The position numbers and the translations under genes are program-made. Of a stretch of 64,000 nucleotides of DNA, positions 8,933 through 20,610 are shown in pieces. Under the pieces are notes generated by a model. The model did no database searches and had not been told where the DNA came from. It saw only the letters and a list, made by a program, of their open reading frames with translations. Source of the DNA: Myxococcales bacterium (lineage in GTDB: Bacteria > Myxococcota_A > Polyangia > Palsa-1104); assembly GCA_043741435.1 (NCBI GenBank), contig JAYUBF010000264.1, forward strand, positions 381 to 64,380. Direction: 5' to 3'. Position 1 is the first letter of the stretch, and the number at the start of each line of letters is the position of its first letter.

Positions 8933-10384
8933 ATGGAACATCACGCGCTCGATAGGCTCAGGCGAACCCATCCCGGGTGGCGGCTCTTGTGCGCCGACCA
9001 TGCGCCGCTCATCGTCGGATTTCTCCACCGAGCCTTCATCCAGCCCAACCTGCGCGCGCTGGCACGTCCCGACCTCGTGTCGCGCCTCGAGGACTACCTG
9101 CATCACCTGAGACAGGATCTCGGCGACAGGGCGCTGCCTCGCGCCGCGGCGGCCTACCTCGACGAGTGGGCCGCCGACGATCGCGGGTGGCTGCGCAAGT
9201 ATTATGTCGCGGGCAGCGACGAGCCGCACTTCGACGTCACGCCGGCGACGGAGAAGGCGATCGAGTGGATCGCGAGCCTCGGCAAGCGAGAGTTCGTGGG
9301 TACGGAGTCGCGCCTGCTCACCGTCTTCCAGCTCTTGCGACAGATGGTCGAGGGCACCGAGCTCGACCCGGCCGTGCGCATCGCCGAGCTGGAGAAGCGC
9401 CGTGCAGACATCGACGCGGAGATCGAGGGGATCCGCGCCGGGCGGATCGTTCTCATGGACGACGTCCAGGTGAAGGATCGGTTCCTCCAGATGGCAGAGA
9501 CCGCGCGCGCACTGCTCTCGGACTTCCGTGAGGTGGAGCAGAACTTCCGTCAGCTCGATCGCGGGGTGCGCGAGCGAATCGCCACGTGGGAGGGGGGCAA
9601 GGGTGCGCTGCTCGAGGACGTATTCGGTGAGCGCGATCTCATCGCCGACTCCGATCAGGGGAAGAGCTTCAGCGCGTTCTGGGATTTTCTGATGTCGGCG
9701 TCACGTCAGGACGAGCTCACTACACTGCTCGAGGCGGTCTTCGCGCTTCCGCCGGTTCAGCGGCTCGCGCCCGACCGCAGGCTGCTGCGCGTCCACTACG
9801 ACTGGCTCGAGGCCGGCGACGCGACGCAGCGGACCGTCGCACGTCTGTCGGAGCATCTCCGGCGCTACCTCGACGATCAGGTGTGGCTCGAGAACCGCCG
9901 CATCATGCAGCTCCTCCGCGGCGTGGAGCAGCACGCGTTGGCTCTGCGCAACCAAGCTCCCGAGGGCGTGATCATGCACCTCGACGAGCCCGCGCCGGAG
10001 ATCGAGCTCTCGATGGATCGCCCGCTCTTTTCTCCGCCGCGCCGGCCGAAGATCTCGGTGCAGGACGTGCTCGATGGGGACGAACGAATCGACACCGACG
10101 CGTTGTTCGATCAGGTGTACGTGGACAAGGCGCGGCTGCGTGCGCACATACGACAGGCACTCCAAGACCGAGCGCAGATCTCGCTCGGCGAGCTCGTCGA
10201 GGCCCACCCGCTCGAGCAGGGCCTCGCCGAGCTGGTGTCCTATCTGAGCGTCGCCGCCGACGATCATCGCGCGCTCATCGAGGACTCGGAGACGCAGCGC
10301 TTCACCTGGACTGATGAAGCAGGGACCGCGCGCACGGCGAGCCTGCCGTTGGTGATCTTCGCGCGGAGAGCGGCGGACACATGA
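8933..10384 (+). CDS. jetA: Wadjet JetA (DUF3375)
   Basis: HPGWRLL..DHAPLI, GWLRKYY, FVGTESRL, SDQGKSFSAFWDFL, PLEQGLAELVSY; first of four overlapping genes. Confidence 0.92.
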   Translation: MEHHALDRLRRTHPGWRLLCADHAPLIVGFLHRAFIQPNLRALARPDLVSRLEDYLHHLRQDLGDRALPRAAAAYLDEWAADDRGWLRKYYVAGSDEPHFDVTPATEKAIEWIASLGKREFVGTESRLLTVFQLLRQMVEGTELDPAVRIAELEKRRADIDAEIEGIRAGRIVLMDDVQVKDRFLQMAETARALLSDFREVEQNFRQLDRGVRERIATWEGGKGALLEDVFGERDLIADSDQGKSFSAFWDFLMSASRQDELTTLLEAVFALPPVQRLAPDRRLLRVHYDWLEAGDATQRTVARLSEHLRRYLDDQVWLENRRIMQLLRGVEQHALALRNQAPEGVIMHLDEPAPEIELSMDRPLFSPPRRPKISVQDVLDGDERIDTDALFDQVYVDKARLRAHIRQALQDRAQISLGELVEAHPLEQGLAELVSYLSVAADDHRALIEDSETQRFTWTDEAGTARTASLPLVIFARRAADT

Positions 10385-10983
10385 GCGCTGTCGAGCCCGC
10401 TCCACCTCTCTCTCTGGCGCTCGTGTCCTTGATGAAGGGCGTCGTGTATCGAGAGGGTGATCCGCCCGCCTGGCAGGCGCTCGTACAGCTCGGCGCGCGG
10501 GTTCGCGACCACATCGCGCCGCTCGGGCTAGAGCTCATCCTCGACGAGGCGGAGGGCTACGCGTATCTACGACAGCGACAAGCAATCGAGGGCGAGCCCG
10601 AGCTCCCTCGCCTCGTGCCCCGCCGGCAGCTCAGCTACGCGCTGAGCCTCCTCCTCGCGCTCCTCCGCAAGAAGCAGGTAGAGTTCGACGCCACGAGCAG
10701 CGAGGCGCGCCTCGTCCTTCAGCGGGAGGAGATCGTGGAGGCGTATCGCATGTTCCTCCCGGACGTCGTCAACGAGGCGCGGCTCCTCGATCGACTCGAC
10801 GCGAACCTCAACAAGGTCGTCGAGATGGGCTTCCTGCGCCGGCTGCGCGGTCGCGACGATCACTTCGAGGTGAGCCGCATCTTGAAGGCCTTCGTCGATG
10901 GTCAGTGGCTCGGCGAGCTCGAGCGACGGCTGGCAGAGTACCGCGCCCACGCCGAGGGCGAAGAGGGCGAGCCGACCCCATGA
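10381..10983 (+). CDS. jetB: Wadjet JetB (DUF4194)
   Basis: [41 protein letters not shown]. Confidence 0.92.
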   Translation: MSAVEPAPPLSLALVSLMKGVVYREGDPPAWQALVQLGARVRDHIAPLGLELILDEAEGYAYLRQRQAIEGEPELPRLVPRRQLSYALSLLLALLRKKQVEFDATSSEARLVLQREEIVEAYRMFLPDVVNEARLLDRLDANLNKVVEMGFLRRLRGRDDHFEVSRILKAFVDGQWLGELERRLAEYRAHAEGEEGEPTP

Positions 10984-13900
10984 GCACTGAGCGCGCCGGC
11001 TTCCGCCTCCAGCGGCTCGAGGTCTACAACTGGGGAACCTTCGACGGGCGCGTGTGGGGGCTCGAGCCGAACGGCGACAACGCGCTCCTCACCGGCGACA
11101 TCGGCTCGGGCAAGTCGACCCTGGTCGACGCGATCACCACGCTGCTCGTCCCGCCGCAGAAGCATGCCTACAACAAGGCCGCCGGCGCGGACAGCCGGGA
11201 GCGCACGCTGCGTTCTTAGGTGCTCGGTCACTACAAGGCGGAGCGCGGTGAAGCGGGGCTCTCGGCGAAACCGGTCTCGCTGCGCGATCACAACACGTAC
11301 TCGGTCATCCTCGGTCGCTTCTTCAACGAGGGGTTTGCGCAGCACGTGACGCTTGCACAGGTCTTCTGGTGGAAGGACCTCGATGGTCCTCCCGCGCGGA
11401 TGTTCGTGGTGTCGTCGCAGCCGCTCGCGATCGCCGAGCACTTCTCGAGCTTCGGTCCCGACGTGAACGAGCTCCGCAAGCGCTTGCGGAAGCTGTCGCA
11501 CGTCGAGCTGTACGACAGCTTCCCTCCCTACGGCACCTCGTTCCGCAGATCCTTCGGGATCGAGAACGAGCAGGCGCTGGACTTGTTTCACCAGACGGTG
11601 TCGATGAAGTCAGTCGGCAACCTCACCGACTTCGTGCGGCAGCATATGCTCGAGCCCTTCGCCGTCGACAAGCGCATCGAGGGGCTCATTCATCACTTCG
11701 ATGACCTCAACCGCGCGCACGAGGCCGTGCTGAAGGCCCGGGCGCAGGTGGCGCGGCTGTCGCCCCTCGTGGAGGACTGTGATCGGTATACGCAGCTGCG
11801 TACCCAGATCGAGGGGATGCGCGATGCGCGCGAGGCGCTCCGGCCGTGGTTCGCCGAGCAGAAGCGCGACCTGCTCCTCCGGCGGCTCGACAATCTGAGC
11901 GCGGAGAGAGACAGGCTCGAGGCGCGCTTGCGGGGCCTTGGCGATCAGCAGCAGAGCAAGAAGGCCGAGCGGGACGGACTCAAGCGCGCCATCGCCGACA
12001 ACGGCGGCGATCGCGTGGAGCGCCTCGAGCGAGAGATCGAGACCAAGGAGGCGGAGCGCGACCGGCGACAGCGGCGCGGCGAGCAGTACGACGCGCTGTC
12101 ACGCGCGGCCGAGCTGCCGTCCGCCACGAGCCTCGAGCTCTTCAGCGACAATCGTCGCGCAATCGGCGCAGCGCTCGAGGTCACCGCAGGCAAGCAGGCG
12201 ACGCTCCAGAACGAGCACACCGAGGTGAAGGTGCGCTTCCGTGATGCAAAAGCGCAGCACGACGAGATCGAGGCCGAGCTCGCCTCCCTGCGACAGCGCC
12301 GCTCGAACATCCCCGCGCGGATGCTCGCACTGCGCAGCGGTCTCTGCCGAGCGCTTGAGCTCGACGAGGATGAGCTGCCCTTCGCAGGAGAGCTCATCCA
12401 GGTGCGCGAGGATGAGCGGGACTGGGAGGGCGCCATCGAGCGAGCGCTCCACGGCTTCGCACTCTCGCTCCTCATCGCCGACGAGCACTACGCCGGCGTC
12501 GCGCAATGGGTGGAGCGCACCCACCTCGGCGATCGGCTCGTCTACTATCGCGTGCGCGAGGTGAGCCCGAAGGAGCGCGTCGCCACCGGTCCGCGCTCGC
12601 TCGTTGACAAGCTGGCACTCAAGGCCGACTCGGCGTTCTACGGCTGGCTGGACCACGAGGTGGCTCACCGCTTCGACTACGCGTGCTGCGACACGTTCGA
12701 GGCGCTCCGGCGGGAGACGCGGGCGATCACGCGCGCCGGCCAGATGAAGGCGAAGGGGGAGCGACACGAGAAAGACGACCGCCACCGCATCGACGATCGC
12801 TCTCGCTTCGTCCTCGGCTGGTCGAACGAGGCCAAGATCGCGACGCTCCAGCAGCACGCAACCGCGCTCGAGCTGCAGATGCAGGCGCTCGGAGCGCGGA
12901 TCGGCGGTCTCGACGGCGAGCTCCGCGGTCTCGCCGAACGGCTGGCGACGCTCCAGAAGCTCGTGGTCTTCGAGGACTTCGGAGAGCTCGACTGGCGCTC
13001 GCCCGCCACCGAGATCGAACGGCTACAGCGCGAGCGCCGCGCGCTCGTCGAGGCGTCGGACGTGCTGCGCACGCTCGAAGCACAGCTCGCCGCGCTCGAG
13101 ACCTCGCTCGACGCCATCGAGAGGCAGATCGGCGAGGGCAACCGGGACGAGGGAGGGCTGGCTGCCAGGGAGGCGCACTCCGCCACCCAGCTCGCGGAGT
13201 GCGAGACGCTGCTCGCCGCCACTCCAGCTCACGTCAAGACCGCGCGCTTCCCGCTGCTCGAGACGATGCGAGGCGACGCGCTCTCCGATCATGTGCTCAC
13301 CGTCGAGTCCTGCGACAACCGCGAGAAGCAGATGCGCGATTGGCTGCAGACGCGCATCGACGCGGAGGACAAGAAGCTTGCGCGCTTGCGCGACGGGATC
13401 ATCGAGGCCATGAAGGGCTACGCGAGCGACTACCCGCTTGAGACGCGGGAGGTCGACGTGAACGTGGAGTCGACCGGTGAGTACCGCGCCATGCTCGATC
13501 GGCTGCGCGCCGACGATCTGCCGCGCTTCGAGCAGCGCTTCAAGGAGCTCCTCAACGAGAACACCATCCGCGAGGTTGCCGGCTTCCAGTCGCAGCTCAA
13601 CCGCGAGCGTCAGACCATCCGCGAGCGTATCGACGTCATCAATCGCTCGCTGCGGCAGATCGACTACAACCCGGGGCGCTACATCCTCCTCGAAGCGGCA
13701 CAGGGCACGGATCCGGATGTGCGTGATTTTCAGCAGTCGCTGCGCGCGTGCACCGAGGGGACGTTGACTGGATCGGACGACGACGGATACTCGGAGGCCA
13801 AGTTCCTCGAGGTCCGACGCATCATCGAGCGCTTCCGCGGCCGCGAAGGAACAACCGAGCTCGATCGGCAGTGGACGCGCAAGGTGACGGACGTCCGCAA

Positions 13901-14324
13901 CTGGTACACGTTCTCCGCGTCCGAGCGCTGGCGCGAGGACGAGAGGGAGCACGAGCACTACGCCGACTCGGGCGGCAAGTCGGGCGGGCAGAAGGAGAAG
14001 CTCGCCTACACGGTGCTCGCGGCGAGCTTGGCCTACCAGTTCGGGCTCGAGTGGGGCGCGGCTCGTTCGCGCTCGTTCCGCTTCGTGGTGATCGACGAGG
14101 CGTTCGGTCGCGGATCGGATGAATCGACGACCTACGGTCTCGAGCTGTTCCGGCGCCTGAATCTGCAGTTGCTCGTCGTCACGCCGCTGCAAAAGATCCA
14201 CATCATCGAGCCCTATGTCGCGGCGGTCGGCTTCGTGCACAACGAGCAGGGTCGCCAGTCGATGCTGCGGAACCTGACGATCGAGGAGTACCGCGCCGAA
14301 CGAGCGGCGCGCGCTGCTCCATGA
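10980..14324 (+). pseudogene. jetC: Wadjet JetC SMC-like ATPase interrupted by one in-frame TAG (11217-11219)
   Basis: LEVYNWGTF and Walker [10 protein letters not shown] lie before the stop. The same frame continues to the coiled coil, signature SGGQKEKL and Walker B VVIDEAF. Confidence 0.88.
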
Positions 14325-15502
14325 GCTGGACCACGCCCGACGACGTGAGCGCGCGGTTGCTCCGCATCTGGGACAAAGGGACGATCCTTGCCGCACCGCT
14401 CACCGGAGAGGCGGTGTTCCCGCTCAGGCTCTCACTGCGTCGCCCTGATGCGCGCGATCTCTCGGACCGCTTCGATGAGGTCCGCGGGTGGATCCGGCTG
14501 CTCGAGGATGGCAGCAAGTCGAAGCAGGGCGCGGGCTACGAGATCCAGTGGGCCGAGATCAACAGTCGTGCGCTGGGTCCGAACCGCGTGCCCGAGGCGA
14601 TCGTGATCCCGACGGAGGCGGACGCGCTCGAGCTTATCGGCAAACGCCGGCACGCTGCGCGCTTCCGGATGGTTTACGAGCTGACGATGCGGACGCTGCC
14701 GGCGCTGGCGGCGTGGGCGCGGCACCAACCGATGAAGCTGCTCGAGCACGAGGCGAGCTGGGACCGTGTGCTCGCCGTGCTCCGGTGGTTCGTCGCGCAT
14801 CCGCTGCCGGGGCTCTATCTCAGGCAGGTGGACATCGCAGGGGTCGACACGAAGTTCATCGAATCGAACCGGGGGCTCTTCACCGAGCTCCTCGACGAGA
14901 TCTTGCCGGCGGACGCGATCGTCGCGGACGCCGTCGGCGCCCAGCGGTTCGAGCAGCGCTACGGCCTACGGAGCAAGCCCCAGTCGGTGCGCTTCCGCAT
15001 CCTTGATGAGCGTCGCAACTTCCACGGCGTCTCCGACCTCTCGGTACCGTTAGAGCAGCTCCGAAGACTCGAGGCGCCGGCGCAACGCATCTTCATCACC
15101 GAGAACGACATCAACGGACTCGCCTTTCCTCCGGTTTCCGATGGGCTCGTGATCTTCGGCCTCGGCTATGGTGTCGAACGCCTCGGAGAGATCCCGTGGC
15201 TGCGCGATCGCTCGATCTACTACTGGGGCGATCTCGACACGCACGGCTTCGCGATACTCGATCGCCTGCGTGGATCGCTCGGCGACGTGCGCTCGTTGCT
15301 CATGGATCGCGAGACTCTCCTCCTGCATCGCTCCCTCTGGGTGACGGAGCATGAACAGCATCGGCGCCCGCTAACACGGCTCACCGGGCCAGAACGAGCG
15401 GTCTTCGAGGAGCTGGTGAACGACAGGCTCGGCGTGAGGGTGAGGCTCGAGCAAGAGCGCATTGCCTTCGGCAGACTGGTCGCAGCGCTTCAGGATCTTT
15501 GA
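14321..15502 (+). CDS. jetD: Wadjet JetD TOPRIM nuclease (DUF3322+DUF2220)
   Basis: MSWTTP, YLRQVDIAGVDTKFIE, ITEND, YWGDLDTHGFAIL, RLEQERI. Confidence 0.93.
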   Translation: MSWTTPDDVSARLLRIWDKGTILAAPLTGEAVFPLRLSLRRPDARDLSDRFDEVRGWIRLLEDGSKSKQGAGYEIQWAEINSRALGPNRVPEAIVIPTEADALELIGKRRHAARFRMVYELTMRTLPALAAWARHQPMKLLEHEASWDRVLAVLRWFVAHPLPGLYLRQVDIAGVDTKFIESNRGLFTELLDEILPADAIVADAVGAQRFEQRYGLRSKPQSVRFRILDERRNFHGVSDLSVPLEQLRRLEAPAQRIFITENDINGLAFPPVSDGLVIFGLGYGVERLGEIPWLRDRSIYYWGDLDTHGFAILDRLRGSLGDVRSLLMDRETLLLHRSLWVTEHEQHRRPLTRLTGPERAVFEELVNDRLGVRVRLEQERIAFGRLVAALQDL

Positions 15503-16208
15503 GCGTTTTGACCACCGCCTTGGCGGGCCACCCTGGGAACGGGCGCGGGCTTGAATAACGTCAAAGTGTAGCTGCAAGAGGACAAGTACTTCGGCTGGGA
15601 TCAAGCGCGCTTTGGAACGTGTCAACGAGAATGAGACAGCGGTCATGCGAAATCTATGAGGCGATCACCTTGGTGAGAGCCGTCTCTCGTCTTGGTCGTG
15701 AGGGTGCGACGGTGCTTGAGCGCGTCAAGGGTACAGGCGCTGCGCTCGCCGGCTCCGCCGCCGGTGACTCTCTCGCTCTTATAGGCAGAGGGGGATGGGC
15801 CGCTATCTCTTCGCACTGGCAGCGTTCGGCGGCATGGTGGTTTCGTTCCTCGCGCAGGCGATCGGCCACAAGCGAGAGAAGTCGCCGGCGCAGCGCGGTT
15901 TCGGTGTCGTCTTCGTCGTCGGGAGGGGGCGCCGACTTCTCGGCCACGCGCCGCGCGCGCGCATCCTCGACGATGCCCGCGACACACGGATCGAGGCTGA
16001 CGATCTTGACGCGCACGATTCATCCGAGCGTACGCGACGTGCGCTGCATCGCGAACACGAACAGACAGGTGCCGCCGGCTTTGTAGGAGACGGTGCTGCG
16101 TGAAAGCCCGATCCGCTGCCGGACCACCGGCGTCCGTATACGCAGCGCGGGTATGAGAGACCGATCTTCCGGAACACCCGGGCGCGGTTCACGGCAGCCC
16201 GAGAAGAG

Positions 16209-16505
16209 CTACTTCGCGGAGCGGTTCGCGGCGATGGTGAGGCGCGAGATTTTACGCGAGGCGGCCTTCGCGGCAATGACGCCCTTCTGGGCGGCCTTGT
16301 CGATCTGGCGGATCGCCTTCTTGAGCGCATCGGCTGCCTGGGCCTTGGACGCGCTCTTTCCGGCATCCTTGCCGCCGTCTTTCCCTTCAATGGCGGTGCG
16401 TGCGTGCTTGACCATGGTGCGCATGGTCGAGAGCTGCGCTTGGTTGCGCTCGCGGCGACGAAGACGTTGGCGGTTGCGCTTCTCTGCGGACTTGATGTTG
16501 GCCAA
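16209..16505 (-). CDS. rpsT: 30S ribosomal protein S20
   Basis: ANIKSAEKRNRQ...IDKAAQKGVI...ASRKISRL; TTG start. Confidence 0.97.
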   Translation of the reverse strand: MANIKSAEKRNRQRLRRRERNQAQLSTMRTMVKHARTAIEGKDGGKDAGKSASKAQAADALKKAIRQIDKAAQKGVIAAKAASRKISRLTIAANRSAK

Positions 16506-16727
16506 AGTGATGCTCTCCGATGAGTCCCGTGATTGCTGGGAGGCGTTGGGTACAAGAATCGAGCAGCCGCGTCAAGAGAAACCAAGCCCTTGAGGCTCGA
16601 CGCTGGTGCAGGTCGCCAGATGAAGCGCCTCGCCGCAAATTGGCCACACTGTGCTGTGGGAAACCTGTGGGGAACCGCGTTACGAATGCGCAACGTACTT
16701 GAAACTTGATGGGCGCAGGTCCCCTGC

Positions 16728-17552
16728 CTATTTTTTGAGCGCCTTTTCTTGCTCCGCGCGTTTTGCTTCGTTCCAGATTCGATCCATCTCCTCGAGCGAC
16801 GCATCGCGTGGATGTCTCCCGTCGCGAGCGAGCGATTCTTCGATCACGCTGAAGCGTTGCTCGAAGCGTGCGGTTGCTGCACGCAGGGCATCCTCCGGCG
16901 GCACGTCGAGCTTCGCCGACAGGCGGGAGGCCGCCAACAAGAGATCTCCCACCTCGTGTGCGATGTGCGCTGGGTCACCGCCCACCATGGCTTCTTCGAT
17001 CTCTTGCAGCTCTTCGCGGACCTTCGCGATCACGCCCGCCACATCCGGCCAATCGAAGCCCACCTTGGCAGCCTTCTCCCCGATGCGCTGCGCCCGCAGC
17101 AGGGCAGGGAGCGCAACGGGCACGCCCTCGAGCACACGCCGCGGCTTCTCCGCTCCACGCTCCTTTTGCTTCAGCTTGTCCCAGTTTTCCAGTACCTCGG
17201 TCGAGTCCTTGACCTTCTCATCCCCGAACACGTGCGGGTGGCGGAACGTCATCTTCTGCGCGATCGCACCGACCACGTCGTCGATCCCGAACTTTCCCTC
17301 GCGGGCTCGCAGCGCGGCCTGGAACACGATCTGGAACAGCAGGTCACCGAGCTCGTCGCAATGCCCGGGCGCATCGTTCGCGTCGATGGCCTCGAGCACC
17401 TCGTAGGCCTCCTCGATGAGGAACGGCTGCAGGGTCTGCAGCGTCTGCTCGCGATCCCACGGGCAACCATCCTCGGCGAGCAGGCGCTCCATGATCGTTA
17501 CCAGCTCGGGGAGCCGCGTGCCGCGTTGTCGTTCCGGTCTCTCGGTGTCCAT
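16728..17552 (-). CDS. mazG: Nucleoside triphosphate pyrophosphohydrolase MazG
   Basis: [36 protein letters not shown]. Confidence 0.96.
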   Translation of the reverse strand: MDTERPERQRGTRLPELVTIMERLLAEDGCPWDREQTLQTLQPFLIEEAYEVLEAIDANDAPGHCDELGDLLFQIVFQAALRAREGKFGIDDVVGAIAQKMTFRHPHVFGDEKVKDSTEVLENWDKLKQKERGAEKPRRVLEGVPVALPALLRAQRIGEKAAKVGFDWPDVAGVIAKVREELQEIEEAMVGGDPAHIAHEVGDLLLAASRLSAKLDVPPEDALRAATARFEQRFSVIEESLARDGRHPRDASLEEMDRIWNEAKRAEQEKALKK

Positions 17553-17636
17553 GCGGCGGCAAAACTATCACGGCGTGCTAGGCTGATGCGTTTCGCCGCC
17601 ACCACGTCACCGCCGAGGATCCTCATCAACAAGCCT

Positions 17637-18641
17637 GTGCAACCCCCCGCTCGCACGGCGACCGGCTCCGACGCGGAGTCGGGCCAGCGCCTCGTGCTCG
17701 ACGACAACCACGCTGCGATGCAGCTCTTCGGGCAGAGCAACGAGCACCTGCGCTTGATCGAGCGCGAGCTCGGCATCTCCATCCACGCGCGCGGGAACGA
17801 GCTGCGCTTCAGCGGCCCCGATGCGCAGGTGGCCGTGGCGCGGTCGCTGCTCGAGCAGCTGTTCTCGCTGGTGAAGCGCGGGCGCGAGCTCGATCGCGCC
17901 GACATCGCGCGCGCGATGGTCATGCTCTCGCAAGATCGCGCCGCCGACGTGAGAGAGGTGTTCCAGGACACCGTCCTCGTCGCATCGCGTTCCCGCCCGA
18001 TCTCGCCGAAGGGCCTCAAGCAGAAGGCCTACGTCGACGCGATCCGGGCCCATGACATCGTGTTCGGCATCGGGCCCGCCGGCACCGGCAAGACGTACCT
18101 CGCCATGGCCATGGCGGTGAAGTCCCTGCTCGACCGCGAGTGCAAGCGCATCGTGCTGGCGCGTCCCGCCGTCGAGGCCGGTGAGAAGCTGGGCTTCTTG
18201 CCGGGCAACATGGCGGAAAAGGTGAACCCCTACCTGCGCCCGCTCTACGATGCGCTCCACGACATGATGGACTTCGAGCGTGCCGAGCAACTGGTCGAAC
18301 GCGGGGTCATCGAGGTGGCGCCGCTCGCCTTCATGCGCGGCCGCACGCTCAACGATGCCTTCGTGATCCTCGATGAGGCCCAGAATGCCACCTCCGAGCA
18401 GATGCGCATGTTCCTCACGCGCCTCGGCTTCAACTCGAAGGCCGTGATCACCGGCGACGTGACGCAAGTCGATCTCCCGTCGGGCCAACGCTCGGGGCTC
18501 GCCGAGTCCGCGACGCTCCTCACCGGCATCTCCGGCATCGCGTTCTGCTCGTTCACCGAGCTCGACGTGGTCCGTCACCCGCTCGTGCAAAAGATCATCC
18601 TCGCGTACGAGAAGCGAGATGCGGAGCGTCGTGGCGCATAG
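17637..18641 (+). CDS. phoH: PhoH-family ATPase
   Basis: [37 protein letters not shown]. Alternative start at 17586. Confidence 0.95.
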   Translation: MQPPARTATGSDAESGQRLVLDDNHAAMQLFGQSNEHLRLIERELGISIHARGNELRFSGPDAQVAVARSLLEQLFSLVKRGRELDRADIARAMVMLSQDRAADVREVFQDTVLVASRSRPISPKGLKQKAYVDAIRAHDIVFGIGPAGTGKTYLAMAMAVKSLLDRECKRIVLARPAVEAGEKLGFLPGNMAEKVNPYLRPLYDALHDMMDFERAEQLVERGVIEVAPLAFMRGRTLNDAFVILDEAQNATSEQMRMFLTRLGFNSKAVITGDVTQVDLPSGQRSGLAESATLLTGISGIAFCSFTELDVVRHPLVQKIILAYEKRDAERRGA

Positions 18642-20610
18642 CGAGCTCGAGTCGCTCGCCGACCTCGCCGCCGCGATAGCCGGCGACCAGCGCTTCGCCG
18701 ATGTGGTGAAGGGGCCCGTGGTGCCCGGCGAGCTGGCCGACACCATCTCGATTCCGCTCGAGCAAGGCCGTTTGCTGTTGTGCAGCGAGAGCACCTACGG
18801 CTCGCCCGAGCGGTTCGAGGTCCTGCGCAAGTGTACCGAAGAGTCCGACAACGTCGTCATCGCGTTGTTCGGGACTGCGGAGCGCCTCAACCACGTCGCC
18901 GACCGTCAGGTCAGCGCGCAGTGCTATCTCATCACCGTGCCCATCGGTGCCGCGCGGCTCTCGAGCATCGTGCGCCAGGCGAGCGAGCTCTTGCGCTTGC
19001 GTGCACTGTCGAACGAGCGCGGGCGTGTCGCCGATCGCTTCGGTGACGAGCTCGCGCAGATCATCACCATCTCACGTGCGATCTCGTCGGAGCGAGACAT
19101 CAACAAGCTCCTCGGGCTCATCCTCGAGAAGAGTCGCTACATCACCGGCGCCGATGCCGGCTCCGTCTATATCGTGGAGGGGATGTCGCTGGCGACGAAG
19201 CGCCGCACGTTGCGCTTCATGATCTCGCAGAACGACTCCATCCACATCGACTTCCGCGAGTTCTCTCTCCCCGTCGACGAAACATCCATCGTCGGCAAGG
19301 CCGTCATCACGGGCAAGAGCATCAACATCCCCAACTTGTACGAGCTCGATCAGCCGGACAAGAACCCGTGGGGCTTCCGTCACGACAAGAGCTTCGATCG
19401 CAAGGTCGGCTACCAGGGCCGCTCGATGCTCACCGTGCCGATGGTGAAGCAGAAGGACGAGGTCATCGGGGTCATCCAGCTCATCAACCGACGTCGCCAG
19501 GGCGCGCCGGCGCAGCTGCGCACCGCGGAGGACTTCGATCGCTGGGTGGTGCCCTTCGACGAGCGGTCGGAGCAGCTGTCTTCCACGCTCGCATCGCAGG
19601 CCGGCGTCTCGCTCGAGAACACGCTGTTGTATGAAGACATCCGTCGCTTGTTCGACGGGTTCGTCACGGCGGCGGTCACGGCGATCGAATCGCGTGATCC
19701 GAGCACCTCCGGTCACTCGTATCGGGTCGCTCAGCTGACCGTCGGTCTCGCCGAGATGGTGGACAAGGAGACGAGCGGCCCCTACGCCGGCACGCACTTC
19801 GGGGCGGAGAACCTGAAGGAGATCGAGTACGCGGGCTTGCTGCACGACTTCGGCAAGGTCGGTGTGCGCGAGCAGGTCCTGATCAAGGCGAAAAAGCTGT
19901 ACGAGCCGGAGCGCGAGCTGTTGTTGTCCCGCTTCGACCTCATCCGCCGGTCCCTCGAGGTCGAGCACCTGCGTCGCAAGTTCGAGCTCGCGCAGCAGGC
20001 CGGCTGGAACGAGGCGCAGGAGCGTTTCGTCGAGCTCGACGGCGATCTGAAGAAGCGTCTCGGCGAGGTCGACAGCTACATCGAGTTCATCCTCGCGTCG
20101 AACGAGCCCACGGTCCTCGCGCAAGGCAGCTTCGAACGGCTCGAGGACATCGCACAGCAATCGTTCTTCGACGTGCGCGGGGAGCGCCGCCCGTTTCTGT
20201 TGCCGCGCGAGGTCGAGGCGCTGCGCTTGCCGCGCGGGTCGCTCACCACCGAGGAGCGTCTCGAGATCGAGAGCCACGTGGTGCATACCTACAACTTCCT
20301 CGAGACCATCCCCTGGGGCCGTCGCCTCGGTGGGATCCCCACGATCGCCGGCTCGCACCACGAGAAGCTCGACGGCACCGGCTATCCGCGGGGCCTCAAG
20401 TCGGCGGAGATCCGTGTCGAATCGAAGATGATGGCCATCGCCGACATCTTCGACGCGCTGACGGCCTCCGATCGTCCCTACAAGCGCGCGGTTCCGGTGG
20501 AGAAGGCGCTCGACATCATCGGCTCCGAAGTGCGCGGCGGGAAGTGCGATGAAGAGCTCTTCCGCATCTTCGTCGCCACCAAGATCTGGGGCCGGGTCCT
20601 TCCGACGTGA
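18631..20610 (+). CDS. GAF + HD-GYP cyclic dinucleotide phosphodiesterase
   Basis: GAF ([15 protein letters not shown]), [40 protein letters not shown]. Confidence 0.9.
   Translation: MAHSELESLADLAAAIAGDQRFADVVKGPVVPGELADTISIPLEQGRLLLCSESTYGSPERFEVLRKCTEESDNVVIALFGTAERLNHVADRQVSAQCYLITVPIGAARLSSIVRQASELLRLRALSNERGRVADRFGDELAQIITISRAISSERDINKLLGLILEKSRYITGADAGSVYIVEGMSLATKRRTLRFMISQNDSIHIDFREFSLPVDETSIVGKAVITGKSINIPNLYELDQPDKNPWGFRHDKSFDRKVGYQGRSMLTVPMVKQKDEVIGVIQLINRRRQGAPAQLRTAEDFDRWVVPFDERSEQLSSTLASQAGVSLENTLLYEDIRRLFDGFVTAAVTAIESRDPSTSGHSYRVAQLTVGLAEMVDKETSGPYAGTHFGAENLKEIEYAGLLHDFGKVGVREQVLIKAKKLYEPERELLLSRFDLIRRSLEVEHLRRKFELAQQAGWNEAQERFVELDGDLKKRLGEVDSYIEFILASNEPTVLAQGSFERLEDIAQQSFFDVRGERRPFLLPREVEALRLPRGSLTTEERLEIESHVVHTYNFLETIPWGRRLGGIPTIAGSHHEKLDGTGYPRGLKSAEIRVESKMMAIADIFDALTASDRPYKRAVPVEKALDIIGSEVRGGKCDEELFRIFVATKIWGRVLPT

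Noticed and set aside
11217-11219. Genome-wide TAG recoding (pyrrolysine or alternative code)
   Set aside because: TAG ends holA, rpsT, mazG and other genes at their expected positions, and no pyl genes are in the window.
8933-15502. Housekeeping condensin (MukBEF/SMC) interpretation
   Set aside because: The DUF3375/DUF4194 subunits and the TOPRIM jetD gene define Wadjet.
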